This document shows, in pieces, positions 1 to 10,054 of a DNA stretch of 53,943 bases. The notes below the pieces were generated by a model. The model was not told the DNA's origin. It saw only the letters and a list, made by a program, of their open reading frames with translations, and ran no database searches. Positions within the stretch are counted from its first letter, which is position 1. Every line of letters begins with the position of its first letter. The DNA is from a virus (Duplodnaviria; Caudoviricetes), in IMG/VR virus record IMGVR_UViG_3300020045_008102, positions 1-53,943 of that record; one strand, given 5' to 3'. The translations under genes were made by a program, and so were the position numbers.

Positions 1-972
1 CCATCTCAGAATGTAACAGAAGCACAGCCTATGTCACTTCTTGGAAATGGTGTTGGTCGGTCACAGGCAGAATTGTCAAAAACTTTATTCACTAATAATT
101 CTGATGGTGTGCAAGCTATTAGTAGGCCAACTAGATCACAAAATAATGTTACTGGAACATTAGAGAATAGAGACATTAATCAACCTGTGAGATATTTGAA
201 TGGTGGACTTAATGTAGATTTTCCTGCAGGTACTCCGCTGTCTGAAATTAAAGCATTTACTAATACACACCGTGGATTGGTTGAGCAAAAAGCAGTAGAT
301 GATAAGATAGCTGCAACTAAGGCAACAGCATTGCAAGCATTAAATGGCGGACGAGGTTCAGCACCTGAAATGCCAGTAATGCCTGATGTTCGTGGGATGG
401 AAGCGCATCAGGCAGGTGTATTGATGGATGGGTATAAGGCACAAATTGCATCACGTGATAATTGGTTGCAAAATGCTACTCAAGGCAAGAACTATGATGA
501 TCAGAATGCTAATCAAGCAACTCAAAATAGCATTAACGCCAAGCATTATGCTACTAATGATACTAATAGTGCAGAACAAAATCGAATTACTGAAGAAAAT
601 AATAAATTAACTAATCTTCGTTCAATGGCGAATAATGATTCAGAAATTGCTTATCGTAATGCACAAATTAAAGCAATGAAAAGTCCTATTGATTCTATTA
701 ATCAATTAACTGCACAACAGAAAGAAGCTGCTAGAAATGATGCTTATAAAGCATTTCAAGAACAGCAGAAAAATCCTCTTGCAGTGCCTATAAATGCTGC
801 TGATTGGCTGAGAGATTCACCATATAGTAATCTTTTTCCAGAGTATAGTTATAAAAAATCTCCTGATGCTGTAATGAATGAGTTTAAAAAAGATCCTACA
901 GTATGGCAACGTTTTCAAAAGTATTCACCTGAACAGCAGCAAGCCCTTATTAAACAGCAGAGGTTAAGATAA
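1..972 (+). CDS. Putative internal virion/ejection protein (5'-truncated; frame open from base 1)
   Basis: Q/N/A-rich helical protein directly upstream of the giant virion gene; the frame is open upstream of the ATG at 31. Confidence 0.55.
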   Translation, partial: PSQNVTEAQPMSLLGNGVGRSQAELSKTLFTNNSDGVQAISRPTRSQNNVTGTLENRDINQPVRYLNGGLNVDFPAGTPLSEIKAFTNTHRGLVEQKAVDDKIAATKATALQALNGGRGSAPEMPVMPDVRGMEAHQAGVLMDGYKAQIASRDNWLQNATQGKNYDDQNANQATQNSINAKHYATNDTNSAEQNRITEENNKLTNLRSMANNDSEIAYRNAQIKAMKSPIDSINQLTAQQKEAARNDAYKAFQEQQKNPLAVPINAADWLRDSPYSNLFPEYSYKKSPDAVMNEFKKDPTVWQRFQKYSPEQQQALIKQQRLR

Positions 973-973
973 T

Positions 974-3900
974 ATGAATGATCTGCATAAACTTTTTGAT
1001 GAGTTTGATTCCTCTATGAATAATCAAGAGTCAAATAATCAATCAACAGAGAAAAACCAATTACATTCTGTTTTTGATGAATTTGATAATAATTTGGCTG
1101 TTGAAACAAATCTAAATAGTGTTGGTGGATTCGTATCATCTGCTAAACAATCATTGGGATCGACTATCAAAGGTGCTGGCCAAGTTATTTCTGATATTGG
1201 GATTACTGATAAAGATAACTTCTTAAAAAATTATGGGCAAGAAATAATCGCAGCTAATCCTACAGCAGTAAAAGGATTAGGCGATATTCTTGATAAGCCT
1301 ATAAAAACTGTTACTGAAGCAGTTGGTAATGCTGCTGGATCAATTGTGCCAATGTTAGGTGTTCGTGCATTAGGTCAAGGTATTACAGCAGCAGCTCCAT
1401 TTACAGGCCCAGCTGCACCTATAGTTGCTGGTTTAGGTCAAGCAGTCGCCTTTGGTGGTCCAGCAGTTATGGCAGCACTGCCATCTTTTGGTGGAATTCG
1501 CGAAGTTCAAGAAACAAAAAATCCAGAAAGTAATTTCAAGGATAAAGCTATTGCTGCCCTTGGAGCTGCTACAGTTGGTATTATAGAATCTAAATTCGGG
1601 CCACAAGATTGGGCTTTAAAAATGACCACTGAAGCTGGTAGAAAACAGCTTGCTGGATTTATGGCTGATAAGACAATTATGCAAGCTATAGGCAAAGGTG
1701 GTATTAAAGGTGCTGCTATTGAGGGGGCTGAAGAACTTGTACAAAGTCCAGTTGAACAATTAGCTGGATATGATAATCCATTGACTAAAGAGAATCTAAC
1801 TGATACTGCCTTTGGTAGTGTTATGGGTGCAGTCGGTGGAGGTGTTCTCGGTGGTGCAATGGGGCCAATAATGAAAGGTTCTAATACCCAAGAAACAAAA
1901 ACTCCACAAGAACTTGAACTTGATAAACGTGCATCAAACATTCTTACTCAGGACAAAGATAAAGTTGCTCAAAGTGTTCAGCAATTAACTGAACAACTTA
2001 CATCGAATCAAGAACTGCTTAAAGATGCTCAAAAACTTGATGCTAAAGCAAAAGAATTAAATATTGAGCCAGCTGCTTTGGTTGCACAAATTGTTAAAGA
2101 TAACAACATTAATCAAAGTTTAATTACAAAAATTAATACTGGAATTGCTGCTAATATTGCTGAACAAAATAAAGCAAAGCAAGAAGAATATAATAAACTA
2201 TCTCCAGAAGAAAAGATTGTTAGAGATACCACTGATAGACTAAATGCACAAAGATTAGCTGCTGAGCAGAAAATCAATGATGAAACTAAATTACTCAATG
2301 ATAAAGAAGCATTAGCTACTAAACAATATTATGAAGAAAAAGATCCGGCAAAAAAGAAATTAATTGCTGAAAGTGTCTTTGCTATTCGTGATGAAAAGAA
2401 AAAACTTTTTAGTAATCAAGATCAGCAGATTCAAGATCAGCAAGTTACTGTGACATCTGATTTTACTACACCTAAGAAGGCTGATGAAATTCGTAGAGAA
2501 CAAGAGAATTTCTATAATCAAAATTGGGCATTAGATACGCAGAAAAGTGCTTCAGAATCTGCACAAGTATTTGAATCTAATACAGCTCAACAAGAAGAAA
2601 TGCTAAGACAAGTTCTTCAAGAGAAAGATCTTCAGAAAAAACAAGCTCTTCAACAGACCATGGATTCTATTACTCAAGAATCTGATCCTGTGATTCGGCA
2701 GAAACTTTACAATCAAATGTTTGAGCAGCCTACTGTTAAGAGTGCTCAAGAATCTGCTGAAGTATTTCAAGCAACTGATTTGAAAAATGCTTCTGGTAAA
2801 CCATATAAAAACAGAGCATATCTTGAAGGATTAATTAGTGAGCTTCCTGATGCTGAAAATTATGATATAATTGAAAGTCCTGAAGGATTTATTGCAATCA
2901 AGAAAAACTTTGGTACTAATGAAAATTCTGGAATAGCTGAATCAAGTTCGTTCATAAATGAACAGTCAGTCGATGCTGTTAAACGAGCTGAAAAGCCAAA
3001 ATTTAAACCAGTCAATCCTACATCAAAACCTTTTAAGCAATGGTTTGCAGGTTCTCAAATAACAGATGATAATGGTAATCCTTTACTAGTATATCATGGA
3101 TCACCTACTTTTGGCATAAATGAAAATGCTCAATGGGCTTTTGATTCAAACAAACTAGGCAAGAATGTTCATTCTTCGCTGACTGGATTAGGTCATTTCT
3201 TTGCTACTGATATAAATGAATCTTTAGGCTATACTGAAGGTGCTAAAGGAAAATTACATACAGTTTATCTGAATATTAAAAATCCATTAGAAATGAACTC
3301 ATGGGAGTTTCCTGTTTTTAATGATTCTGCTGAAGCTCGAGCATTTGCCAAAAGAAAAGAACTTCAAGGATATGATGGATTTTTTATTAAAGATGAAGGA
3401 CATTATGTTGCATTTGAACCTAATCAAATTAAATCAGGTGAAATAAATACAGGTGAGTTTGATCCAACTAATCCTGATATTAGATTTCAAACAACTGAAT
3501 TTAAAAATAATAATCCATGGGTAATTATTGAAAATGCTTATGGTGATTGGAAAATTAATAAGGATTTTAAAACCAAAGCTGATGCTGAATCGTGGTTTGG
3601 TAAAAATAAAATAAAAAGAGATCGGTATGGTAATTATGAAATTATCGAAAATGGTACTACACATTTAATTTTGCGTAAAAATGATCTTGAATCTTCAGGA
3701 TATTCTTTACCTAAGTTTCAAGCAACTAATCAAGCAGACTTAAGCAAAGTTAATCTTGATGATATTAAAAAAGCTTTTCCAAATCAAGAAGTAAGTCAAG
3801 CTGCTGATGGAAAAGTTTCAGTAAAATTTAATAATGGTCAAGGCTTAACAATTAATAGCATTCAGGAAGCTGGTCAGGGCTTTGTTAAATTAGCAATTGA

Positions 3901-6900
3901 AACTGGGCAGATGTCAAAGACAGGCAAGATCCTTGGCATTACAGTAGGATCAGAGATTCTTCTTGATGAAAACTTTGCTGATAACAAAACGCTATGGCAT
4001 GAGAACAAGCATGTATTAGATAATCTTGGTATGATTAATGCTGAAGATGACTTAGCACTAAATCGCGAATTTAATAAACTTCGTAAAGCAGGTAAGTTAG
4101 AATTTGCTCTTAGTACTCATGAAGATGCAAAGCAGCGAATGGTTGAGAATCGTGCGAATATGTTTGCTCAAATCATGGTCAATCGAGAATCATATAGAAA
4201 TACTCCATTCGGTAAAGTGATTCAGAGAATCATGGATTTCTTTCAGCATTTGCTGAGTTTTGGTAAGCAATCAGTTTCAGACTTAGCTCGTGAAGTAGAA
4301 AGTGGAAAGATTTATGAGAGACAAGCAGCTAATCAAACACTTGAAGGAAAAGAGTTGATGCAAGTTGCACAAGCATTTTATTCAAGACTTCAAAGTGCAA
4401 TCTTTAATGATTTTCCTACAGAACTCAAAGCACAGAAAGTTATTCCGTATCTGAAAAGTAAATTGAAAAATACTAATGAGCAAAGACCTTATCAAGAGAT
4501 TCAGGCTATTGGACTTGATGCTTGGTTAGCTGCTAAAAATCCTGCTGATATAGTTACTAAAGAAGAATTGAGTAACTTCGTCAAGGCGAATATGGTTGAA
4601 TTTGAGGATGTGATATTAAGAGGAGATGTATCTAAAAATAGTCCATACTTACAAAGTGAGATAACTCATTTTGATCAATACACCGAACCCGGCGCAGTTG
4701 AAGGCAGTTACAGGGAGATGTTTGTTACTGTTCCTGGAACGGATATGGGCATTCAGTACGATGAAAATGAAAGACCGCTATTTGATGCTTCTGGTACATC
4801 TAAAAAAGCAAGCTGGCAAGATGGTCATTCTCAATATTCAGATATAACTAATCCTATAGTTCGTATCCGCTTTAATGAAGTAAGTGCAGATGGTAAACGA
4901 ATCTTGAGAATTGAGGAGATGCAAGGCCCATCAGATACTAATCAGAAGAAGATGCCATTGCACCTTAAAGAGAATATTTATCAACTTGGAGTTAAGAGAA
5001 TTATTGCTTACGCTAAAGAGAATGGATTTGACGGTGTAGCATTATCTACCAAACCTGAGATGTCTGCTGGTGAAACTCAGGCTGATAGGTACTCGCTGGA
5101 GAAGCAAGTTAATCAGATATATGCAAAACCATTAAAGAACGGTAAATTCTATTTAGAAGTTAATGGAAAAGATGGAGATCCTATTTATTCTGGTGATGTA
5201 TTAGCCAATGAGCTAGAAAATCATATAGGCAAGGAACTGTCAAGGAAGATAATATCAGATAATGGAGGTACATACTCTGGTCTTGATCTCAAAGTAGGTG
5301 GTGAAGGTCTTAAAAAGCTCTATGACAATCAGCTACCTAAGATGCTTGAATCTTATGGTAATGCAAAATTTACATCTGCTGAAAGCAGTAATATACAAGA
5401 AGATGTTCCAGTATCTAAAGAAGAAGCATTAAAGTCACTTGCTAAAGGTGAAATGATTTTTATAGGTAATGAAATTGCCGATCAACCATCAGAAATTGAA
5501 AATTATCAAGGTGATATCATTACTGTTGTTAGGCCTATGATGATAAAATATCTTCCAATTACGGCCAAATCTTCTGATAGCTTTTCAATGTTTCAAGTTT
5601 CAGAACAAAAGATTCCTCAAGCAATTTATGATGAATTACATGCAGAGAAAAGTAATCTTCTGAAGAATTATGCACAATCAGCAAGAATCAAATATCATGA
5701 GATGAAACTTCTTGCTGATAAAGCACTTGGTTCAATATCTACTAGGCTTGGTCTTGTTGATGATGAACTTCCAGAACATTTAAGGCAACTTGATTTTGAT
5801 ACAGCACATAAAATTATTGCTATACTTAAACCAGCAAATAAAATACTTGATATAACTTATGGAAAGAAAAATAAGTTAGGTATTCGTCAAGGTGGCATGT
5901 CAGCAATAGATCGCGATGAGTGGAATATAGCGAGACTTCAATCTGATGAAGGCAAGATCGAACAGATTTCTCAGAAATATAATATGAAAGAACTGGTTGC
6001 TGAACTTAGAGAAAAGCTTAATCAAGTTCGTTTAGATGCAGAAAAAGTAGGATATGATGTAGGTTTCATTGATGAGTATTGGCCACGAGTAATTAAGGAT
6101 CGTGAAGGATTCTTACAGGCTACTGAAGGAATTTCTCATGAACCTGTATTTACTCAGGCATTTAGAGAGCAAGCAAAGAAACTTGGAATAACTCAAGAAG
6201 AATTTGAACGTGATTTTCCTACTGTTAAAGCAGACATAATTAGTAACATTATTCTTGGTAAATCTTCAGGAATCAGTGGCCCAGGTAACATTCAAGGACG
6301 TGTATTTGAGACTATTCCAAAAGAGTATATACAATTTTATATGGATGCTGATGCTGCTTTGATGCAGTATGTTTATAGTATGACCAAGAAGATCGAAGCA
6401 AGGAAATTCTTTGGTAAAGTTCCTACAAGAATTAGCAACCTTAAAGCAGCACAAAAAAGAAAGACAGCAGACCTTATAAAGTTTGAACAACTTGCTGATA
6501 TGGCGCGTGCTGAGAATCCTGAAAGATTGGCTGAATTTGAAGAACGAATTACTAAGCTAAAAGAAGATCTCAAATTGATTGAAGAGCCATTAAATTTATA
6601 CAAGATTCAAGATGATTACAGTGATAATATTGGCACTTATATTGATGGCATGAGAGCCGAAGGACGTATTAAGCCAAAAGATGAAAAGATGGTGAGTGAT
6701 ATTCTTAAGGCAAGATTCAATGAACATGGAACAACTGGTATAGTTAATACACTTAAAAATGCTGCTTATATTGATGTTATGGGAAATCCTTTAGCAGCTA
6801 TAACGCAGATTGGAGATCTTGCTTGGGCAATGTACGTTGGTAAAGTATGGACTCCAAGTGGTTTTATCAGCACAGGTAAAAATCTTGCTAAAGCAGTAAT

Positions 6901-8071
6901 GAACAAATCTAATATAACTAAAGAAGATTTAGGTATTGAAAGGATTGCTCAGGAGTTTGCTGATGGAACAACAATGAGTAAAGCAGTTAGTAAAGTGTTT
7001 AAAATGGTTGGACTAGAAAAGATGGATTCGATTGGTAAAGAAGTCTTGATTAACAATGCTCTTGATCAATTTAAGATTGAAGCGAAAAAGAATCCTGAAG
7101 CACTTGCTAAAAAGATTAGACCAATTTTTAAAGGCAAATCGCTGGAAGTAGTACAAGAGATTTTAGCTTATGATCCATCAAGTAATTCAACTATTGAACC
7201 TACTGAAAATCTCAAGAGACTTTTGTATTCTAAAGTATTAGATTTTCAACCAATAGCTCTTTCAGCAATGACTGAAGGATATCTTACTGGAGGCAATTAT
7301 AGGGCATTTTATATGCTAAAGACTTATAGTTTACAGCAATTTGATGTTTTTCGCCGTGAAGTTTTTCATAACATCAAGTCTGATGATCCACAAAGAAAAA
7401 TTCAAGGGATTACAAACATGATTCAGCTTGCAGCATTGCTTACACTTGCTAATGCTGGAGCAGATGAAATCAAAGATTTTATGCTTGGGAAAGAAACAAA
7501 GTTCAGTGATAATGTCATTGAAAACTTGTTAGTTCTTGTGGGTGCTTCAAGATATATTAAAATGAAAATAAGTAGAGACGGTCTAGGATCAACACTTAGT
7601 CAACAGATTCTTCCTCCTATGCATTTCGTAAATTCAGCTAGTAAAGACTTAATGGAAGGATATGATAATTATGTTTCAGGAGATACTAGCAAGTTTGATC
7701 ATGCAAGAATCATAGATTCGATTCCAGGATTAGGCAAACTTTATTATTGGCACGCTGGTAGAGGAGCTGATCTTAAGAAATCAATCGCAGAACAAGAATT
7801 TACAAAGGCAGGAACAGATGCAAGATTGTTTAAGAAGCAGCTTGAAAACTCAACTGATAAAAGATTCTTCATTGAATCGAATTTAAATCGATTTAAGCAA
7901 ATGAAGTTACAGGAGAATTTTCAAGCAGCATTGAATAGGAATAAAGCAGTGATAAACAAGTTGGAAAAGATACCTTCAACAGAAAATGTTCAGACTAGAC
8001 TTGGACAACTCAAGTTCCAGCGTGAACAAATTCTGAAGAAGTATCAAGAAGTTGCAGGAAGTTTACAGTAA
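974..8071 (+). CDS. Large polyvalent internal virion (ejection) protein with ADP-ribosyltransferase-like and zincin (HExxH) domains
   Basis: 2365 aa. G/A-rich hydrophobic N-terminus; FKQWF..S.I.D..G.PL.VYHGS...FFA...YL.IKNP...GYDG...VAFEPNQIK (ART-PolyVal-like, ~3030-3490); LWHENKH (3998-4012); helical C-terminus. Confidence 0.75.
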   Translation: MNDLHKLFDEFDSSMNNQESNNQSTEKNQLHSVFDEFDNNLAVETNLNSVGGFVSSAKQSLGSTIKGAGQVISDIGITDKDNFLKNYGQEIIAANPTAVKGLGDILDKPIKTVTEAVGNAAGSIVPMLGVRALGQGITAAAPFTGPAAPIVAGLGQAVAFGGPAVMAALPSFGGIREVQETKNPESNFKDKAIAALGAATVGIIESKFGPQDWALKMTTEAGRKQLAGFMADKTIMQAIGKGGIKGAAIEGAEELVQSPVEQLAGYDNPLTKENLTDTAFGSVMGAVGGGVLGGAMGPIMKGSNTQETKTPQELELDKRASNILTQDKDKVAQSVQQLTEQLTSNQELLKDAQKLDAKAKELNIEPAALVAQIVKDNNINQSLITKINTGIAANIAEQNKAKQEEYNKLSPEEKIVRDTTDRLNAQRLAAEQKINDETKLLNDKEALATKQYYEEKDPAKKKLIAESVFAIRDEKKKLFSNQDQQIQDQQVTVTSDFTTPKKADEIRREQENFYNQNWALDTQKSASESAQVFESNTAQQEEMLRQVLQEKDLQKKQALQQTMDSITQESDPVIRQKLYNQMFEQPTVKSAQESAEVFQATDLKNASGKPYKNRAYLEGLISELPDAENYDIIESPEGFIAIKKNFGTNENSGIAESSSFINEQSVDAVKRAEKPKFKPVNPTSKPFKQWFAGSQITDDNGNPLLVYHGSPTFGINENAQWAFDSNKLGKNVHSSLTGLGHFFATDINESLGYTEGAKGKLHTVYLNIKNPLEMNSWEFPVFNDSAEARAFAKRKELQGYDGFFIKDEGHYVAFEPNQIKSGEINTGEFDPTNPDIRFQTTEFKNNNPWVIIENAYGDWKINKDFKTKADAESWFGKNKIKRDRYGNYEIIENGTTHLILRKNDLESSGYSLPKFQATNQADLSKVNLDDIKKAFPNQEVSQAADGKVSVKFNNGQGLTINSIQEAGQGFVKLAIETGQMSKTGKILGITVGSEILLDENFADNKTLWHENKHVLDNLGMINAEDDLALNREFNKLRKAGKLEFALSTHEDAKQRMVENRANMFAQIMVNRESYRNTPFGKVIQRIMDFFQHLLSFGKQSVSDLAREVESGKIYERQAANQTLEGKELMQVAQAFYSRLQSAIFNDFPTELKAQKVIPYLKSKLKNTNEQRPYQEIQAIGLDAWLAAKNPADIVTKEELSNFVKANMVEFEDVILRGDVSKNSPYLQSEITHFDQYTEPGAVEGSYREMFVTVPGTDMGIQYDENERPLFDASGTSKKASWQDGHSQYSDITNPIVRIRFNEVSADGKRILRIEEMQGPSDTNQKKMPLHLKENIYQLGVKRIIAYAKENGFDGVALSTKPEMSAGETQADRYSLEKQVNQIYAKPLKNGKFYLEVNGKDGDPIYSGDVLANELENHIGKELSRKIISDNGGTYSGLDLKVGGEGLKKLYDNQLPKMLESYGNAKFTSAESSNIQEDVPVSKEEALKSLAKGEMIFIGNEIADQPSEIENYQGDIITVVRPMMIKYLPITAKSSDSFSMFQVSEQKIPQAIYDELHAEKSNLLKNYAQSARIKYHEMKLLADKALGSISTRLGLVDDELPEHLRQLDFDTAHKIIAILKPANKILDITYGKKNKLGIRQGGMSAIDRDEWNIARLQSDEGKIEQISQKYNMKELVAELREKLNQVRLDAEKVGYDVGFIDEYWPRVIKDREGFLQATEGISHEPVFTQAFREQAKKLGITQEEFERDFPTVKADIISNIILGKSSGISGPGNIQGRVFETIPKEYIQFYMDADAALMQYVYSMTKKIEARKFFGKVPTRISNLKAAQKRKTADLIKFEQLADMARAENPERLAEFEERITKLKEDLKLIEEPLNLYKIQDDYSDNIGTYIDGMRAEGRIKPKDEKMVSDILKARFNEHGTTGIVNTLKNAAYIDVMGNPLAAITQIGDLAWAMYVGKVWTPSGFISTGKNLAKAVMNKSNITKEDLGIERIAQEFADGTTMSKAVSKVFKMVGLEKMDSIGKEVLINNALDQFKIEAKKNPEALAKKIRPIFKGKSLEVVQEILAYDPSSNSTIEPTENLKRLLYSKVLDFQPIALSAMTEGYLTGGNYRAFYMLKTYSLQQFDVFRREVFHNIKSDDPQRKIQGITNMIQLAALLTLANAGADEIKDFMLGKETKFSDNVIENLLVLVGASRYIKMKISRDGLGSTLSQQILPPMHFVNSASKDLMEGYDNYVSGDTSKFDHARIIDSIPGLGKLYYWHAGRGADLKKSIAEQEFTKAGTDARLFKKQLENSTDKRFFIESNLNRFKQMKLQENFQAALNRNKAVINKLEKIPSTENVQTRLGQLKFQREQILKKYQEVAGSLQ
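2950..2963. promoter_or_regulatory. GTTCA-N4-TGAAC palindrome, copy 1 (intragenic)
   Basis: GTTCAtaaaTGAAC. Confidence 0.6.
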
Positions 8072-8324
8072 AAAATAATCTAATAGGGTGTGGAGAAATC
8101 CATGCCCTATTTTTTATTGATGCAACTAAAACAGGTTTTCCTTTCTTACCAATTGCAGCAATAATTCCATATATACTTTGTGTTTGATTATACATAGGCA
8201 TTACAGTATCACCATCTAACCATACAACATCATTCACATTAAAATCAGCTCCAGCAATATGTATTTGAGGATTTTTAATTATTCCACTAGGTAATTCAGC
8301 AGCCCATCTTTTATCTTTTCTCAT
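8010..8324 (-). CDS. Hypothetical protein (3' end runs through the terminator)
   Basis: ORF coupled to 8321..8539. Confidence 0.45.
   Translation of the reverse strand: MRKDKRWAAELPSGIIKNPQIHIAGADFNVNDVVWLDGDTVMPMYNQTQSIYGIIAAIGKKGKPVLVASIKNRAWISPHPIRLFFTVNFLQLLDTSSEFVHAGT
8082..8116. terminator. Intrinsic terminator where the two transcription arms converge
   Basis: AATAGGGTGTGGA-GAAA-TCCATGCCCTATT stem-loop followed by a T run, just after the 2365-aa gene. Confidence 0.8.
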
Positions 8325-8539
8325 AATTTATACTTTAGAGAATTTTTTAAAAGTTTTATTATTTTATTAATGGTAAGTTTCTTTGGAATAATTTGCATTT
8401 TTTCAAAATCTATATTTGATAAATCAATATAAGTCATACCTTCTTCTTTAATTTTAACTAATCCAAAACCATTTTCAGGATTATTAACATCTTCAATTTT
8501 TGTTGTTTTACTATCAATATAAATTGTATATTTCTGCAT
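8321..8539 (-). CDS. Hypothetical protein
   Basis: AT-rich ORF with GAGG RBS. Confidence 0.55.
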   Translation of the reverse strand: MQKYTIYIDSKTTKIEDVNNPENGFGLVKIKEEGMTYIDLSNIDFEKMQIIPKKLTINKIIKLLKNSLKYKL

Positions 8540-8570
8540 TTTTAATCCTCAATTGCTTTTAACAAGTTAC

Positions 8571-8606
8571 TAATTTAATAATGTGTGGAGAAATTCATGC
8601 CATATT
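8571..8606. repeat. Degenerate copy of the 8076-8111 terminator sequence
   Basis: 31/36 identity to 8076-8111 by manual alignment. Confidence 0.8.
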
Positions 8607-8613
8607 AAGTTAA

Positions 8614-9477
8614 TCATTTATTATCTATGAAATCCCACGTCATCATATTCATCACCCGCACCATGTCAGGATGAGCTGACGGATGAGTTCTCAGTTTGCG
8701 GATATGCGCCCACTCAGCAGCATCAGTAGTGACAATAATCTCGGTCTTTAGGGCATTGGGAAGGACGGCTCGAGCTTGTTGAGGTTTGAGGGCATTTTGA
8801 TGAAGCATGCAGTTGTAATAGAACTGAGCACGCTCACAAGCCTCTTTGAAATTATTCCTGTTAGGACAGCTCCAATCTTCAAACCCAGCAGGCTCAATGA
8901 ACTCCATGTCCTTGCCGCCGTAGTTCACGTATCGTGTTGATTCCTGGGCGAAACTACAAGGCCGATGCCTGACCAGTTCATGACTGACTCCTCGGTCACA
9001 GATGAACTTAGCTGAATAACGGTGAAGTTCTTGTGGTATCTCGTTGTGTGGGCAGGGTTGCCAGAGACTTAATGAGTCACGATCCCAGTCTGTATCAAAT
9101 AAACCTCTGTATAAATTTAGGAATGGTTGAAATAATTCAGGATAAAAAGTGCACTCAACCACTTGCTGATACCATGCAGTCAAACTTCCGCCAACATAAG
9201 TATGATTTTCTTTTACTACTGAGTTGAGATATTTTCCTAAGCAATTAACCACTACTACATAAGGACTTTCAAATTTCACCACGAAATTCGAATGTTCAAC
9301 CATCGCCAGATGCCCAGCCTTGATCAGCTTCTTGACGAATCCTTCAGCACTGGTCTCGGTGATCTTATCCTCTGACTTGTAGCAGGTACGCCCTGCTATC
9401 TCAATAAACTTGAGAGCACTCCCGTATTCCGTTGGTATTGCTCCGTAAAACTCGGCACTTGGTTTAATAATCTTCAT
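8614..9477 (-). CDS. thyX: FAD-dependent thymidylate synthase
   Basis: RGVSHELVRHR..SFAQESTRY, ARAVLPN and GRTCY motifs. Confidence 0.95.
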   Translation of the reverse strand: MKIIKPSAEFYGAIPTEYGSALKFIEIAGRTCYKSEDKITETSAEGFVKKLIKAGHLAMVEHSNFVVKFESPYVVVVNCLGKYLNSVVKENHTYVGGSLTAWYQQVVECTFYPELFQPFLNLYRGLFDTDWDRDSLSLWQPCPHNEIPQELHRYSAKFICDRGVSHELVRHRPCSFAQESTRYVNYGGKDMEFIEPAGFEDWSCPNRNNFKEACERAQFYYNCMLHQNALKPQQARAVLPNALKTEIIVTTDAAEWAHIRKLRTHPSAHPDMVRVMNMMTWDFIDNK

Positions 9478-10054
9478 TTTTTAAATCTCCTTGTTTAAAT
9501 AAGTATCTAATTTCAACTTTAAGACCTTGCTTTTTTGCCTGATCAATTCCATACTGCATACCTTTAGTTATTCCAAGATCAGCATATACTACAGTTGCTT
9601 CAGTTACAACTTTCCATGCAAGGCCTGCGTCAATACCAAGCTGACGCTCTTCAGGGATATCATCATTTAATATATTATCTTGAGTATAAAGAAGGTGACT
9701 TGCTATTGGAGCTTCTCCACGAAGTAAGCTATCTCGAACGCAACGTCTTGCATACTGAATGTTTTTAAGAACATCTCCTGCGTAAGGACTTTCTAATATT
9801 ACTAACCTCATGTTATTCAATTCTCCCAAGATACAAGCTTTTTCATCTTTAAGTATTTTTGTTTCTAATATTTTATTTACTTGATTAATAGCATCTTGAC
9901 CACAATCTAACCACATTGATACTTGTTGATATAATCCACTATAACCTTTTGAATACCAATCAGAACCATTATGCTGTGCATGACGAACTTCTATTATTGT
10001 TTGCTGAAGAGTTTTAATATGCTCTAATAATTCTATTTTTTCTTCATCTCCCAT
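9464..10054 (-). CDS. Hypothetical N-terminal domain fused to a nucleoside-deoxyribosyltransferase-like (DUF4406-like) domain
   Basis: Likely start MGDEEK at 10054 (GGAG RBS). C-terminal domain from 9811: VILESPYAGD..NI.YAR...GEAPIASHLLY...GITKGM. Confidence 0.65.
   Translation of the reverse strand: MGDEEKIELLEHIKTLQQTIIEVRHAQHNGSDWYSKGYSGLYQQVSMWLDCGQDAINQVNKILETKILKDEKACILGELNNMRLVILESPYAGDVLKNIQYARRCVRDSLLRGEAPIASHLLYTQDNILNDDIPEERQLGIDAGLAWKVVTEATVVYADLGITKGMQYGIDQAKKQGLKVEIRYLFKQGDLKNEDY

Noticed and set aside
1976-1989. Near-matches to the GTTCA-N4-TGAAC site (1976 GTTCAgcaaTTAAC; also 36244)
   Set aside because: Mismatched or mis-spaced and plausible by chance, so not counted
428-6603. 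Short alternative-frame and antisense ORFs inside the two virion genes (428, 1507, 2113, 3434, 6266, 6373)
   Set aside because: Shadows of long coding frames; no RBS or recognisable motifs
974-8071. Virion RNA polymerase (N4- or crAss-like) as the identity of the 2365-aa protein
   Set aside because: No DxDGD or T7-type polymerase motifs recognised; the domain content fits polyvalent proteins
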